A DNA stretch of 64,000 nt from an uncultured virus (IMG/VR IMGVR_UViG_3300010153_000001) (taxonomy: Duplodnaviria > Heunggongvirae > Uroviricota > Caudoviricetes). Both the position numbers and the translations under genes were made by a program. Below the pieces are notes generated by a model, which saw nothing but the letters and a program-made list of their open reading frames with translations, was not told the DNA's origin and searched no databases. Where the stretch lies: IMG/VR virus record IMGVR_UViG_3300010153_000001, one strand, 5' to 3'. Below, piece after piece: positions 27,795 through 38,090 of this stretch (position 1 is the stretch's first letter; every line of letters starts with the position of its first letter).

Positions 27795-28070
27795 ATGAAG
27801 AAAGTAATTCCAATGGGTAATAGAGTTTTAATTAAACAGGACCCAAAAATTGAAACAGTACAAAATGGTTTAATCTATTTACCAGAAACAGAACAACATC
27901 AACCACCTTTAGGTATTGTAATTTCTGCAGGACCTAAATGTGAACAAGTAAAAGAAGGTGATTATGTACAATGGCCAATGGAGGTTAATGCTACTGCTTT
28001 TATGCATGATGATGAAGAGCATATAGTACTAGCTGAAGGTGCTATTATTGCAATACTAGTAGATGTATAA
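27795..28070 (+). CDS. groES: Co-chaperonin GroES
   Basis: PMGNRVLIK, GLIYLP, GIVISAGP, VKEGDYV, IIAIL. Confidence 0.9.
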   Translation: MKKVIPMGNRVLIKQDPKIETVQNGLIYLPETEQHQPPLGIVISAGPKCEQVKEGDYVQWPMEVNATAFMHDDEEHIVLAEGAIIAILVDV

Positions 28071-30252
28071 AAAAATTCCAAAATATCAAGATGGTGAATG
28101 GGGATATAAAGAGTTTGAAACAAAAGAAGATTTTAATACTTATCTTTTAAATATCTTTAAAGAACCTGGTCAATATAATTTTGATGAGACTGCTCTATTA
28201 TTTAATGAACAAGCAGTCTTATTTAATTCACAAGGATTTTATTGTGATAAACCATTTAGATCTAAAGATTATATTAAATACTGGAATGATGAAAAGGAAA
28301 AATGTAGAGAAGGAGTTCTATTTATAGGAAAGAAAAACACATGGTATCTCACAAGAGATTATTATATGTGGTTAAACTTTCTTCCTATTTTTGATAAAGA
28401 AGAAAAGAAGTATGGTTTTGCTAAAGTCAGAGATGCTCAATATCATATGGCACTTTATGAAATATTAGCAGAACTACAACATAAACATGCAGCTATATTA
28501 AAGAAAAGACAAATTGCTTCTTCTTACTTTCATATGGGTAAGATTATAAATCAATTTTGGTTTGAAGAAGGATCAATATGTAAAATAGGTGCATCACTTA
28601 AAGATTATATTAATGATAAAGGATCCTGGAAGTTCCTAGATGAATATAAGACGTTTCTCAATGAGCATACTGCATGGTATAGACCTTGTACTCCAGAGAA
28701 AGTTTTATTATGGGAACAAAAGATTGAAGTTAGAATAAATAATAGAAAAACTAATAAAGGTCTTATGTCAAAAATACAGGGTGCATCATTTGAGAAAAAT
28801 GCAACAACAGGTGTTGGTGGACCATGTACTTATTTCTTTCATGAGGAGGCTGGTATTGCTCCAAAGATGGATCAGACATATGAATATATTAGACCTGCAA
28901 TGACATCAGGTATGATGACTACAGGTATGTTTATTGCAGCAGGATCTGTGGGTGATCTTGCCCAATGTAACCCATTAAAAGAATTTATACTTAACCCACA
29001 AGCAAATGATATATATGCTATAGAAACAGATCTAATGGATGATAAGGGTAAGATTGGTGTTGCTGGTTTATTTATACCAGAGCAATGGTCAATGCCTCCA
29101 TTCATTGATAAATATGGAAATTCACAAATTAAAGAAGCATTGAAAGCTGTATATGAAGAAAGAGCACAATGGCAGAAAGATCTAGCACCTGAACAATATC
29201 AATTACGTATATCTCAGAAACCTGTTAATATTGCAGAAGCATTTGCGTATAGACAAGCTGCAATATTTCCACAAGGAGTAATATCTAAACAATTAAAAAG
29301 GATTGATGATAAAGAATATGGTTATGAGCATATAGAATTAGAAAGAACAGAAGAAGGTATAGAAGCTAAAAGAAGTAGGAAATTACCTATAATGGAATTT
29401 CCAGTAAAGAAAAAGCAGGAAGATAAAACAGGAGTATTAGTTGTATGGGAAAGACCTATAGATGATCCTACATTTGGAACATATTATGCATCTATTGACC
29501 CTGTTTCAGAAGGAAAGACAACTACATCAGATTCATTGTGTAGTATTTTTGTATATAAAAATGCATGTGAAGTTACAAGAACAAATGAGAAAGGTGAGAC
29601 AGAAACATTTATTGAAAGAGAAAAAGTTGTTGCATCATGGTGTGGAAGATATGATGATATAAATAAAACACATGAACAATTAGAATTAATTATAGAATGG
29701 TATAAAGCATGGACATTGGTTGAAAATAATATATCATTATTTATACAACATATGATTGCTAAACGTAAGCAGAAATATTTAGTTCCAAAACAACAGATTT
29801 TATTTCTTAAAGATTTAGGTTCTAACAATAATGTATTTCAAGAATATGGATGGAAGAATACTGGAACGCTATTTAAAAGTCATTTAATTTCTTATGCTAT
29901 TGAATACATTAGAGAAGCAATAGATGAAGAGTTAGATGATAACGGAGAAGTAATATCACAAACATTTGGAGTACAAAGAATACCAGATAAAATGTTACTA
30001 ACAGAGATGATGCAATATTATCCTGGATTAAACGTGGATAGATTAGTTGCATTTTCAGCTTTAGTTGCTTTTGTTAGAATTCAACAATCAAACAGAGGAT
30101 ATACTAAAAGAAGAGAGAATCAAGACTCAAATAACTTGGATAAGTCACAAAATTTGTATAAATTAAATATGAGACCTTTTAGAAACATAGGAGGTAAAAG
30201 ATCAACAAAAGGAAGTAGAATAAAGAAATCACCATATAAAAACTTTAAATAA
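28063..30252 (+). CDS. terL: Terminase large subunit
   Basis: LKKRQIASSY Walker A-like, FFHEEAG Walker B, ASIDP nuclease motif, LVENN, NVDR; directly upstream of portal. Confidence 0.9.
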   Translation: MYKKIPKYQDGEWGYKEFETKEDFNTYLLNIFKEPGQYNFDETALLFNEQAVLFNSQGFYCDKPFRSKDYIKYWNDEKEKCREGVLFIGKKNTWYLTRDYYMWLNFLPIFDKEEKKYGFAKVRDAQYHMALYEILAELQHKHAAILKKRQIASSYFHMGKIINQFWFEEGSICKIGASLKDYINDKGSWKFLDEYKTFLNEHTAWYRPCTPEKVLLWEQKIEVRINNRKTNKGLMSKIQGASFEKNATTGVGGPCTYFFHEEAGIAPKMDQTYEYIRPAMTSGMMTTGMFIAAGSVGDLAQCNPLKEFILNPQANDIYAIETDLMDDKGKIGVAGLFIPEQWSMPPFIDKYGNSQIKEALKAVYEERAQWQKDLAPEQYQLRISQKPVNIAEAFAYRQAAIFPQGVISKQLKRIDDKEYGYEHIELERTEEGIEAKRSRKLPIMEFPVKKKQEDKTGVLVVWERPIDDPTFGTYYASIDPVSEGKTTTSDSLCSIFVYKNACEVTRTNEKGETETFIEREKVVASWCGRYDDINKTHEQLELIIEWYKAWTLVENNISLFIQHMIAKRKQKYLVPKQQILFLKDLGSNNNVFQEYGWKNTGTLFKSHLISYAIEYIREAIDEELDDNGEVISQTFGVQRIPDKMLLTEMMQYYPGLNVDRLVAFSALVAFVRIQQSNRGYTKRRENQDSNNLDKSQNLYKLNMRPFRNIGGKRSTKGSRIKKSPYKNFK

Positions 30253-30347
30253 TGGATAACTATTGGACAACAGACACAACATTTGACTCACAATACTTTA
30301 CATATATATATGTTGAATTAGATAACATTATTAAAATTAAACACTAA
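30252..30347 (+). CDS. Small hypothetical protein, 31 aa (not in ORF track)
   Basis: MDNYWTTDTTFDSQYFTYIYVELDNIIKIKH between terL and portal. Confidence 0.4.
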   Translation: MDNYWTTDTTFDSQYFTYIYVELDNIIKIKH

Positions 30348-30352
30348 ATAAC

Positions 30353-33133
30353 ATGCAATTATATAATGCTCTTCAGTTAAAAAACGGTGCCAAGGTTAAA
30401 GGTGAAGGTTTAACCAATAGTAGTCTTACTCAACCTCTTCAATTTATCAAAGCTAAAGATAAAGATGAAGAATGGGCAGCATGGAATTTAGATTGGATAG
30501 AAATGAGAGGTATGGAATACCTAAGAAAAAATGCAAGGAAATTATTAAAAAATTATAAACTTGCTAAAGGTATTATTGATAAGAAAGATTACATTGTTGA
30601 AGAAGACAATGAGTATAAAGAAATAATGGATGTTTTAACTGAAGAAGATAATTCTGCATTAGAACTTAAATTCTATCCTATAATCCCAAATGTTATAAAT
30701 GTATTAACTGGAGAATTCACAAAGAGATTTCATAAAGTACAATTTAGGGCAGTAGATGATCTATCCTATAATGAAATGCTTGAAGCAAAAAGATTACAAA
30801 TAGAAGAAAATCTATTAGCTGATGCTGAGTCTAAAATTTTAATGAAGATGTTAGATGCTGGTTTAGATCCTAACTCAGAAGAAGCACAAGAAAAACTTTC
30901 ACCAGAAAATTTAAAATCATTACCTGAAATAGAAGATTTCTTTTCCAAAGATTATAGAAGTCTAGTTGAAGAATGGGCAACACACCAATTGGCTGTTGAT
31001 GAAGAAAGATTTAAAATGAATGAACTAGAAGAAAGAGGATTTAGAGATATGCTTATTTCAGATAGAGAATTCTGGCACTTTAAAATGAATGAGGATGATT
31101 ATGATGTTGAACTCTGGAATCCTGTATTAACATTCTACCATAAATCTCCTGACTCAAGATACATATCTGATTCTAATTTTGTAGGTAAATCTGATATGAT
31201 GTCACCAGCAGATGTTATTGATAAGTATGGTTATTTAATGACAGATGAACAATTATTATCTTTACAAAATATTTATCCTGCTATTTCTGCAAGATATATG
31301 CAAACTGGAGTACAGAATGATGGATCTTATTATGATGCTAGTAAATCACATAAATGGAATGTAGGAGCCCCTTCATTACAATATAGACAATATATGAGCC
31401 ATTGGGATTCTGATCCATCAACAGGAGGTGATATTGTTAATTGGATACTTAGAGAAGGTGATGATATATATAATTGGGGTGATGGGGATATGATGAGGGT
31501 TACTACAACATATTGGAAAACTCAAAGGAAAGTAGGACATCTCACAAGACTTACAGAAGAAGGTGATGTAATGCAAGATATAATTGATGAAACATATAAA
31601 GTTACTGAAAAACCTATTTACAATACAAATTTATTTAGAGAAAAAACAAAAGATAATCTAGTACAAGGAGAACATATAGATTGGATATGGATTAATGAAG
31701 TTTGGGGTGGTATTAAGATTGGTCCAAATTTACCTAGTTATTGGAAGCAAAATAATGATGGAGGTTTTAATCCTATTTATTTAGGTATTAATAGAAGTAA
31801 GCCAGGAAGAATACCTTTCCAGTTTAAAGGAGATACTAGTTTATATGGATGTAAACTTCCTGTTGAGGGAAGAGTATTTTCTGATAGAAATACAAGATCA
31901 ACTTCATTAGTTGATTTAATGAAACCTTATCAAGTAGGATATAATATGGTTAATAATCAAATAGCAGATATACTAGTAGATGAACTAGGTACTGTTATTA
32001 TGTTTGATCAAAATGCTTTACCACGTCATTCAATGGGTGAAGATTGGGGTAAGAATAATCTTGCTAAAGCATATGTAGCAATGAAGGATTTTGGTATGAT
32101 GCCTTTAGATACATCTATTACTAATACAGAAAATGCTACAAACTTTAATCATTATCAGACACTAAATCTTGAACAATCAGGAAGACTAATGTCTAGAATT
32201 CAATTAGCTAATCATTTTAAACAACAAGCTTTTGATGCTATTGGTGTAAATCCACAGAGATTAGGAAGTCCAATTGGACAAGAAACAGCAACAGGAGTGA
32301 TTAATGCAATGAACCAGTCATATGCACAAACTGAGATTTATTTTGTAAATCATTCAGATCAACTTATGCCACGTGTTCATCAAATGAGAACAGATCTTGC
32401 ACAATACTATAATAGTACAAACCCAAGTGTAAGGCTTACATATATTAATTCTGAAGCAGAAAAAGTTAACTTTGTTATTAATGGAACTGAATTATTAATG
32501 AGAGACTTTAATATTTTCTGTACAACTAAAACAAATCATAGAGCTACTCTTGATCAATTAAAACAATTAGCTCTTCAAAATAATACTTCAGGAGCATCTA
32601 TATATGATCTTGGAAGTATTGTTAAAGCAGATTCAATTGCTGAAGTTACAGATATTCTTAAAGATGCTGAGACTAAACAAGAACAAATGCAAATGCAACA
32701 ACAACAATCTCAACAGCAAATGCAAGAACAACAACTTCAAGCTGCAGCTGCAGAAAAACAAGCTGAACGTGATTTCAAAGTGCAAGAGGGTGAAGCTGAA
32801 AGAAGAAAAGATCTTATGGTTGCTGAAATTAGAGCTGCTGGTTATGGTGCACAAACTGATATTGATCAAAATCAGGTAAGTGATTTTCGTGATGCAATGA
32901 ATGATATGCAGAAGAGAGATCAATATAGAGAGCAAATGGATTTCAAAAGAGAAGAGTCTATAAATAAAAATGCACAGAACCGTGATAAGTTAGCAGTAGA
33001 AAGAGAAAAAATAGCTGCAACACGTGATGTAGCTAATACAAATCTTGAAATTGCACGTGAAAATAAGAATCAATATGATGTAAAATCAGTTGATAAAGAA
33101 AAGAAAAAGAATAAGAAGAGTAAAGAAAAATAA
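30353..33133 (+). CDS. Portal protein (crAss-like)
   Basis: 926 aa after terL; FYPIIPNVINVLTGE, SLVDLMKPYQ, IGVNPQRLG, Gln-rich coiled-coil C-terminus. Confidence 0.85.
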   Translation: MQLYNALQLKNGAKVKGEGLTNSSLTQPLQFIKAKDKDEEWAAWNLDWIEMRGMEYLRKNARKLLKNYKLAKGIIDKKDYIVEEDNEYKEIMDVLTEEDNSALELKFYPIIPNVINVLTGEFTKRFHKVQFRAVDDLSYNEMLEAKRLQIEENLLADAESKILMKMLDAGLDPNSEEAQEKLSPENLKSLPEIEDFFSKDYRSLVEEWATHQLAVDEERFKMNELEERGFRDMLISDREFWHFKMNEDDYDVELWNPVLTFYHKSPDSRYISDSNFVGKSDMMSPADVIDKYGYLMTDEQLLSLQNIYPAISARYMQTGVQNDGSYYDASKSHKWNVGAPSLQYRQYMSHWDSDPSTGGDIVNWILREGDDIYNWGDGDMMRVTTTYWKTQRKVGHLTRLTEEGDVMQDIIDETYKVTEKPIYNTNLFREKTKDNLVQGEHIDWIWINEVWGGIKIGPNLPSYWKQNNDGGFNPIYLGINRSKPGRIPFQFKGDTSLYGCKLPVEGRVFSDRNTRSTSLVDLMKPYQVGYNMVNNQIADILVDELGTVIMFDQNALPRHSMGEDWGKNNLAKAYVAMKDFGMMPLDTSITNTENATNFNHYQTLNLEQSGRLMSRIQLANHFKQQAFDAIGVNPQRLGSPIGQETATGVINAMNQSYAQTEIYFVNHSDQLMPRVHQMRTDLAQYYNSTNPSVRLTYINSEAEKVNFVINGTELLMRDFNIFCTTKTNHRATLDQLKQLALQNNTSGASIYDLGSIVKADSIAEVTDILKDAETKQEQMQMQQQQSQQQMQEQQLQAAAAEKQAERDFKVQEGEAERRKDLMVAEIRAAGYGAQTDIDQNQVSDFRDAMNDMQKRDQYREQMDFKREESINKNAQNRDKLAVEREKIAATRDVANTNLEIARENKNQYDVKSVDKEKKKNKKSKEK

Positions 33134-33137
33134 GACT

Positions 33138-33216
33138 TAGCTATATACTCCTGAAAAAAATATTTTTATACAAAATGTTTAAGGTTTATACTTTAAAATG
33201 TTGTATATTATTAGTG
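33138..33216 (+). promoter_or_regulatory. Capsid operon promoter with shared operator-like motif
   Basis: TAGCTATATACTCCTGAAAA at 33138-33157 and TTGTATATTATTAGTG at 33201-33216. Confidence 0.65.
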
Positions 33217-33245
33217 TAATAATTAAAAACCAACAATTAGAAATT

Positions 33246-34565
33246 ATGGCAGAAATAGAAAAAACTGTAGAAACCAATGTCCAAGAAGTAGACATTAACC
33301 TGGATGAGATCTTTAGTGGAGCTCCAGGTGCAGGTAGTGTAACATTACCTGAAGAAACAAAAGAAGAAACAAAACCTAATGTATTTTCAAGAGCAGGAAA
33401 AGTAGATATGTCTTTTCTTAATGATGATGATTTAGGAGAAAAAGAAGAAGCAACTATTACAGAACCAACTGATGATTCTACTGATCTTAATAAGAAAGAA
33501 GAAGAAGTTGAAGCAAAAGAAGGTGAAGAAGTAAAAGAACAACCAACACCTGTAGCAAAAGAAGAACTTGATGAATTATTAGCACCTGAAACTGATGAGA
33601 CTCCTGAAGAACCATCTAAAAAGAGAGGAAGAAAACCTATAGCAGGAATGGCTGATATGATTAATAAGTTAATTGCTGATGATAAATTAGTAGGTTTTGA
33701 TGATGAAAAACCATTAGAAGAATATAGTGCAAAAGATTTTGAAGAATTAATTCAAGCAAATCTAGATGAAAAAGCAAATGCAGTAAGAAGAGAAACTCCT
33801 GCACAATTCTTTAATAGTTTACCACAAGAATTACAGATAGCAGCTAAGTATGTTGCTGATGGTGGTCAAGACATGAAAGGCTTATTTAAAGCTTTATCAC
33901 ATGTTGAAGAATCATATCAACGTGATATTAAGAATGAAGGTGATCAAGTACATATTATTAGAGAATATCTAGGAGCAACAGGATATGGAACAGATTCAGA
34001 AATTGATGAAGAGATAGAAATCTGGAAAGATCTTGGTAAACTTGAACAACAAGCAGGTAAGTTTAAACCAAAGTTAGATAAGATGCAGGAAAAAGTTGTA
34101 GCTGCAAAACTTCAAGAACAAGAAATGAAGAAGAAGCAACAAGAGCAAGCATCTCAAAACTATATGGCAAACGTATATAATACATTAAAGGATGGTAGAG
34201 TAGGTGATCTTAAAGTAGATAAGAAGATTCAGTCTCTTATTTATAATGGTCTTGTTAATCCAGCATATCCATCAATTAGTGGTGAAAACACAAATCTATT
34301 AGGTCACTTATTAGAGAAGTATCAATTTGTAGAACCTAATTATAATTTAGTATCTGAAGCATTATGGTTATTAGCTGATCCTAATGGTTATAAATCACAG
34401 ATAATGAAGAAAGGAGAAACTAAAGCTGTGGAAAAAACTGTTAGAAAACTTAAGACATCACAGTCTGATAAAAGTGCATCTTCAACTCCAACTAGCAGAA
34501 GTACATCAAAACCAACCAAAAGAAAAATTCAACGAGGTGGTGGAAATATATTTAAAAGATTTTAA
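33246..34565 (+). CDS. Putative scaffolding protein
   Basis: Very acidic N-half with coiled coils, between portal and MCP; start likely 33246. Confidence 0.6.
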   Translation: MAEIEKTVETNVQEVDINLDEIFSGAPGAGSVTLPEETKEETKPNVFSRAGKVDMSFLNDDDLGEKEEATITEPTDDSTDLNKKEEEVEAKEGEEVKEQPTPVAKEELDELLAPETDETPEEPSKKRGRKPIAGMADMINKLIADDKLVGFDDEKPLEEYSAKDFEELIQANLDEKANAVRRETPAQFFNSLPQELQIAAKYVADGGQDMKGLFKALSHVEESYQRDIKNEGDQVHIIREYLGATGYGTDSEIDEEIEIWKDLGKLEQQAGKFKPKLDKMQEKVVAAKLQEQEMKKKQQEQASQNYMANVYNTLKDGRVGDLKVDKKIQSLIYNGLVNPAYPSISGENTNLLGHLLEKYQFVEPNYNLVSEALWLLADPNGYKSQIMKKGETKAVEKTVRKLKTSQSDKSASSTPTSRSTSKPTKRKIQRGGGNIFKRF

Positions 34566-34589
34566 TAACATTTATAAAAAAATAAAAAA

Positions 34590-35276
34590 ATGAGTGCAAA
34601 TGCAAATGTAGGAAATACAAATCTGAATAATTCAGAAAAATGGTTAGCTTTTGATGTTAACGATGGAAGGTCAAATGGGGGAATGGTGTACGTATCAGCA
34701 ACTGATATAACAATGGTACATCAGGATGCTGCGTTAAATACAGCAACATATATATTCTATAAATCTGGAATAGGTACAAGCACAATAAAACTTGTACATC
34801 CAGCTGATGCTAATAAATTATTAGTTGATGATATTTATAAAGCAATATTTAAACTTAATTCACTTGAGAAACAAGTTACTACTGAAGTAAATAGTACTAT
34901 TGTACCTACTGGAATTGAGACAGGATGTAGTATTTGTCCAGCAAGTCCAATAAAACAATCAGTTGCTTCAGGTGCTCTTGATCCTAGAATTGCTATAGCA
35001 GAATTATCTATAAGTGGTACTCAAGCTTACACATTAGCAGATGGAGAAGAAAATGGTCAGAAAATGAGTATTATGGTTACAGGAGCTCAGAGTACTCCTG
35101 ATGGAACACTTACACCTGTAACAACATCTGGTGCTTATGCAAAAATAGAACTTGATACAATAGGTCAAAGTATAGATTTACAATGGGGTACTAAAGGTTG
35201 GGCAGTAATGGCAAGAAGTTCAGGAGCTGTAGCTGCAGCAGGTGTTGTAGCAGGTTTACCTGTATTAGCATCATAA
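34590..35276 (+). CDS. Putative head fibre/decoration protein
   Basis: C-terminal YTLADG..GQKM...TLTP...GQSIDLQW...GW fibre-type beta domain; just upstream of MCP. Confidence 0.5.
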   Translation: MSANANVGNTNLNNSEKWLAFDVNDGRSNGGMVYVSATDITMVHQDAALNTATYIFYKSGIGTSTIKLVHPADANKLLVDDIYKAIFKLNSLEKQVTTEVNSTIVPTGIETGCSICPASPIKQSVASGALDPRIAIAELSISGTQAYTLADGEENGQKMSIMVTGAQSTPDGTLTPVTTSGAYAKIELDTIGQSIDLQWGTKGWAVMARSSGAVAAAGVVAGLPVLAS

Positions 35277-35335
35277 AAATATAAAACAAAAAAACAACAA
35301 CAACAATAATTATTAATTAAAAAAAGAGTGAAATT

Positions 35336-36976
35336 ATGGCAACTCCAGTATTAAACAACGGCTTGTTCTTAAGAGATACAAGCTACAAAGCGAGTTCACA
35401 CATAGATTCATATCACTTAGCAAGTATGCTTGGTAATGCAGAACCAATGGACATGGGTCCAGTTGATCTGTGGGCAATGACGCAAAAGGTAGAAATGCCT
35501 TTATACCAAATGGCATCTTTCGGTGGTAAGAATACTATCATGGTGGACAATGCAAGAGGTGAATACAAATGGCAAACACCTATTGCAATTGACCTTCCTT
35601 TCATTACAGATGACATTACGGCATCTGATACTGTAGGAAAAGATGGTCAAAAGTTTAGAATTAAACTTTCTAAACGTACATTTGGGCACGGGGACATTAT
35701 TACTTATGATAAGTATAATGGACTTGAGCTTTACATTACAGCTGATGATATTCTACCAGCAGGTAATGGATTTATCTATACTTGTCAACTTGTAAACAAT
35801 GCAAGTAATACAGGTTTAGATACAACTAAATATCTTGTAGCAGGAACTAAATTCTTTAGAAAAGGTTCTGCAAGAGGTGAGTATGGAGAAAGATTCTCTG
35901 ATATTGAAACAAGTGCAGGTTTCCGTGAATTCTACAACTTTGTAGGAGGAGCAGAAGCACACGTACATTATTCAATTTCTTCTAGAGCAGATTTAATGAT
36001 GAAGGGAGGAATGAATGCTGACGGTACTGTACCTGTAACTGAGATATGGAGAAACTTTGATAAAAACATTGATCCATCTATTTCTACATTAGAAGGTATG
36101 GTTACAGCAATGGGTAAAGATTATATTAAGAGAGCGTTTGATAATGGATCTCTTTCTAGAACATTCTTAACTTCTATGGAAGCTGCACACCTTACTAAAG
36201 TAGCAAATGACATTGAGACTTACTTAATGTGGGGTCATGGTGGTAGAGTTAGACAAGACGGTCCAGATGATATTAGATTATCAGTTGGTCTTTGGAAGCA
36301 GTTAGACAACTCATTCAAAAGAGTATATAACAAAGCTTCATTTGATCTTGACATGTTCAAGAATGAACTTTACAACTTCTACCAAGGAAAAGTTGAATTA
36401 GAAGGACCAGATCCAGGACGTACTTTAGTAGTACAAACAGGAATTGGTGGTATGAAACTTATCAATGAAGCTATTAGAGCTGAAGCAGCTGGTTTAACTG
36501 GTGGTGGTGCTCTAGGTACTGGTGCAGTTATAAATGCTGATAACTTAGGAATTGTTAAAGGTAATCCAATGGACTTAGGTTTTGGATATGCATTTACTTC
36601 TTATGTGATTCCGTTCTTAGCTAATGTACAGTTTGTATTAAACCCAGCGTTTGACAACTTACATACTAATGACATTGAGAATCCATTAGTAGATGGAAGA
36701 CCTTTATCTTCTTACAGCTTTATCATCTTTGATGTAACTGATAATGTTCAAGATAATATCTTCTTATTGAAATTATCTTGGGATAATCAATTGAAATGGT
36801 TCTACCAAAATGGTACTATGGACTATATGGGACGTAGTCAAGGATTTGCTTCATCAGGTAACTTTAATGGATACCGTGTAATGATGACACAGACCATGCC
36901 AGCTATTTGGGTAAAAGATCCAACTAAAGTTCTTAAGATTGTTATGAAGAATCCTGTAACAGGAGGCTCATTCTAG
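35336..36976 (+). CDS. Major capsid protein (crAss-like HK97 fold)
   Basis: 546 aa; position, strong codon bias, downstream terminator; YLMWG, GLWKQL, QTGIGG, WVKDPTK. Confidence 0.85.
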   Translation: MATPVLNNGLFLRDTSYKASSHIDSYHLASMLGNAEPMDMGPVDLWAMTQKVEMPLYQMASFGGKNTIMVDNARGEYKWQTPIAIDLPFITDDITASDTVGKDGQKFRIKLSKRTFGHGDIITYDKYNGLELYITADDILPAGNGFIYTCQLVNNASNTGLDTTKYLVAGTKFFRKGSARGEYGERFSDIETSAGFREFYNFVGGAEAHVHYSISSRADLMMKGGMNADGTVPVTEIWRNFDKNIDPSISTLEGMVTAMGKDYIKRAFDNGSLSRTFLTSMEAAHLTKVANDIETYLMWGHGGRVRQDGPDDIRLSVGLWKQLDNSFKRVYNKASFDLDMFKNELYNFYQGKVELEGPDPGRTLVVQTGIGGMKLINEAIRAEAAGLTGGGALGTGAVINADNLGIVKGNPMDLGFGYAFTSYVIPFLANVQFVLNPAFDNLHTNDIENPLVDGRPLSSYSFIIFDVTDNVQDNIFLLKLSWDNQLKWFYQNGTMDYMGRSQGFASSGNFNGYRVMMTQTMPAIWVKDPTKVLKIVMKNPVTGGSF

Positions 36977-36996
36977 TCTTATTATAATATGAAAGA

Positions 36997-37027
36997 AGGG
37001 GGAGCCTAGTGCTCCTCCCTATTTCTT
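36997..37027 (+). terminator. Intrinsic terminator after MCP
   Basis: AGGGGGAGC-CTAGT-GCTCCTCCCT-ATTTCTT. Confidence 0.75.
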
Positions 37028-37065
37028 CTAAACCAATAATTATTAATAAACCAAAAAAATTAGTT

Positions 37066-38088
37066 ATGAGCACAATGACAAAAGACTTTACAATTAACGA
37101 GAAGTATCAAACAGGCAAAGAAAAAACAATTGCCATCCGTCCTTTTTTTGATAATCAAAAAGAAAATATGGGATTGGAAAAATATGGTATGACCTTACAT
37201 GAAGGTGTATATCACATGGAAGACTTAGCTTGTCTTGAGTTAAATGGTATAAAAAGATATGAAACAGGATTAAATGAATTTGCTCCTGCCGTAAAACTTC
37301 TACCTGATGCTGAAAGAAAAGCAAAGATTAAAGAAATTAGAAAGGTTGTAATACAACTTGAAAAAGAATTAGCAGCAAATGTTCTTAAAGAAGATGATCC
37401 AGAGTTCTGGAATAAAGTACAAGTATTAAGACCAGATAATCATATATTCTGGAGTAAGATACACCTTAAAGTAGGAAATGATCCATACTTTTTAGATCCT
37501 AAAAAAGATCCATATGATCTTATAAAACTTTATGCAATTAAAGCAGGAGGTTTTTCTATTGTAGCAAAAGATTATGAAACTGCACAATCAACTCCAAATT
37601 GTAGATTTTATTTAGATCAGGTGAGAAAAACTATTAATACAAAAACTAAATCTTCTAAATTGAAAAATAAAGCATTATCAATGCTTCAGAAATTATATGA
37701 TGAAGACCAAGATAAATTATTTTATGTAACAAAAATGATTGATCCTAATAGTTATCAATATATTAAGAGCACTCCTATTGATGTATTATATGAAAATATG
37801 GATGCTTATATAAATGGTGAAGGTAATGATAAAGCTACTGTTGCTGCATCAACATTTTCATCTGTAGCAAATGATACAATGGAAAACTTAACTCTTAGAA
37901 CGTTAATGAAAGATGCATCATATTATCAATTTATTACAAATGATAATAAAGGATGGATTATAGAATCTGAAACTAAAGTTAAGTTAGGTAAAAATAATGA
38001 AGAAGTTTTAGAGTATTTTAAGAATCCTTTAAATGAGGAAATTTTAGATAGACTTTTAACACAAGTTAAGAATTACTGGGAATCATAA
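37066..38088 (+). CDS. Capsid-module protein downstream of MCP
   Basis: About 340 aa; conserved position in the crAss-like block; start likely 37066. Confidence 0.65.
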   Translation: MSTMTKDFTINEKYQTGKEKTIAIRPFFDNQKENMGLEKYGMTLHEGVYHMEDLACLELNGIKRYETGLNEFAPAVKLLPDAERKAKIKEIRKVVIQLEKELAANVLKEDDPEFWNKVQVLRPDNHIFWSKIHLKVGNDPYFLDPKKDPYDLIKLYAIKAGGFSIVAKDYETAQSTPNCRFYLDQVRKTINTKTKSSKLKNKALSMLQKLYDEDQDKLFYVTKMIDPNSYQYIKSTPIDVLYENMDAYINGEGNDKATVAASTFSSVANDTMENLTLRTLMKDASYYQFITNDNKGWIIESETKVKLGKNNEEVLEYFKNPLNEEILDRLLTQVKNYWES

Positions 38089-38090
38089 TC

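Noticed and set aside
32670..32760. CAA/Gln-rich repeat in the portal gene
   Set aside because: Ordinary low-complexity coiled-coil tail of portal proteins.
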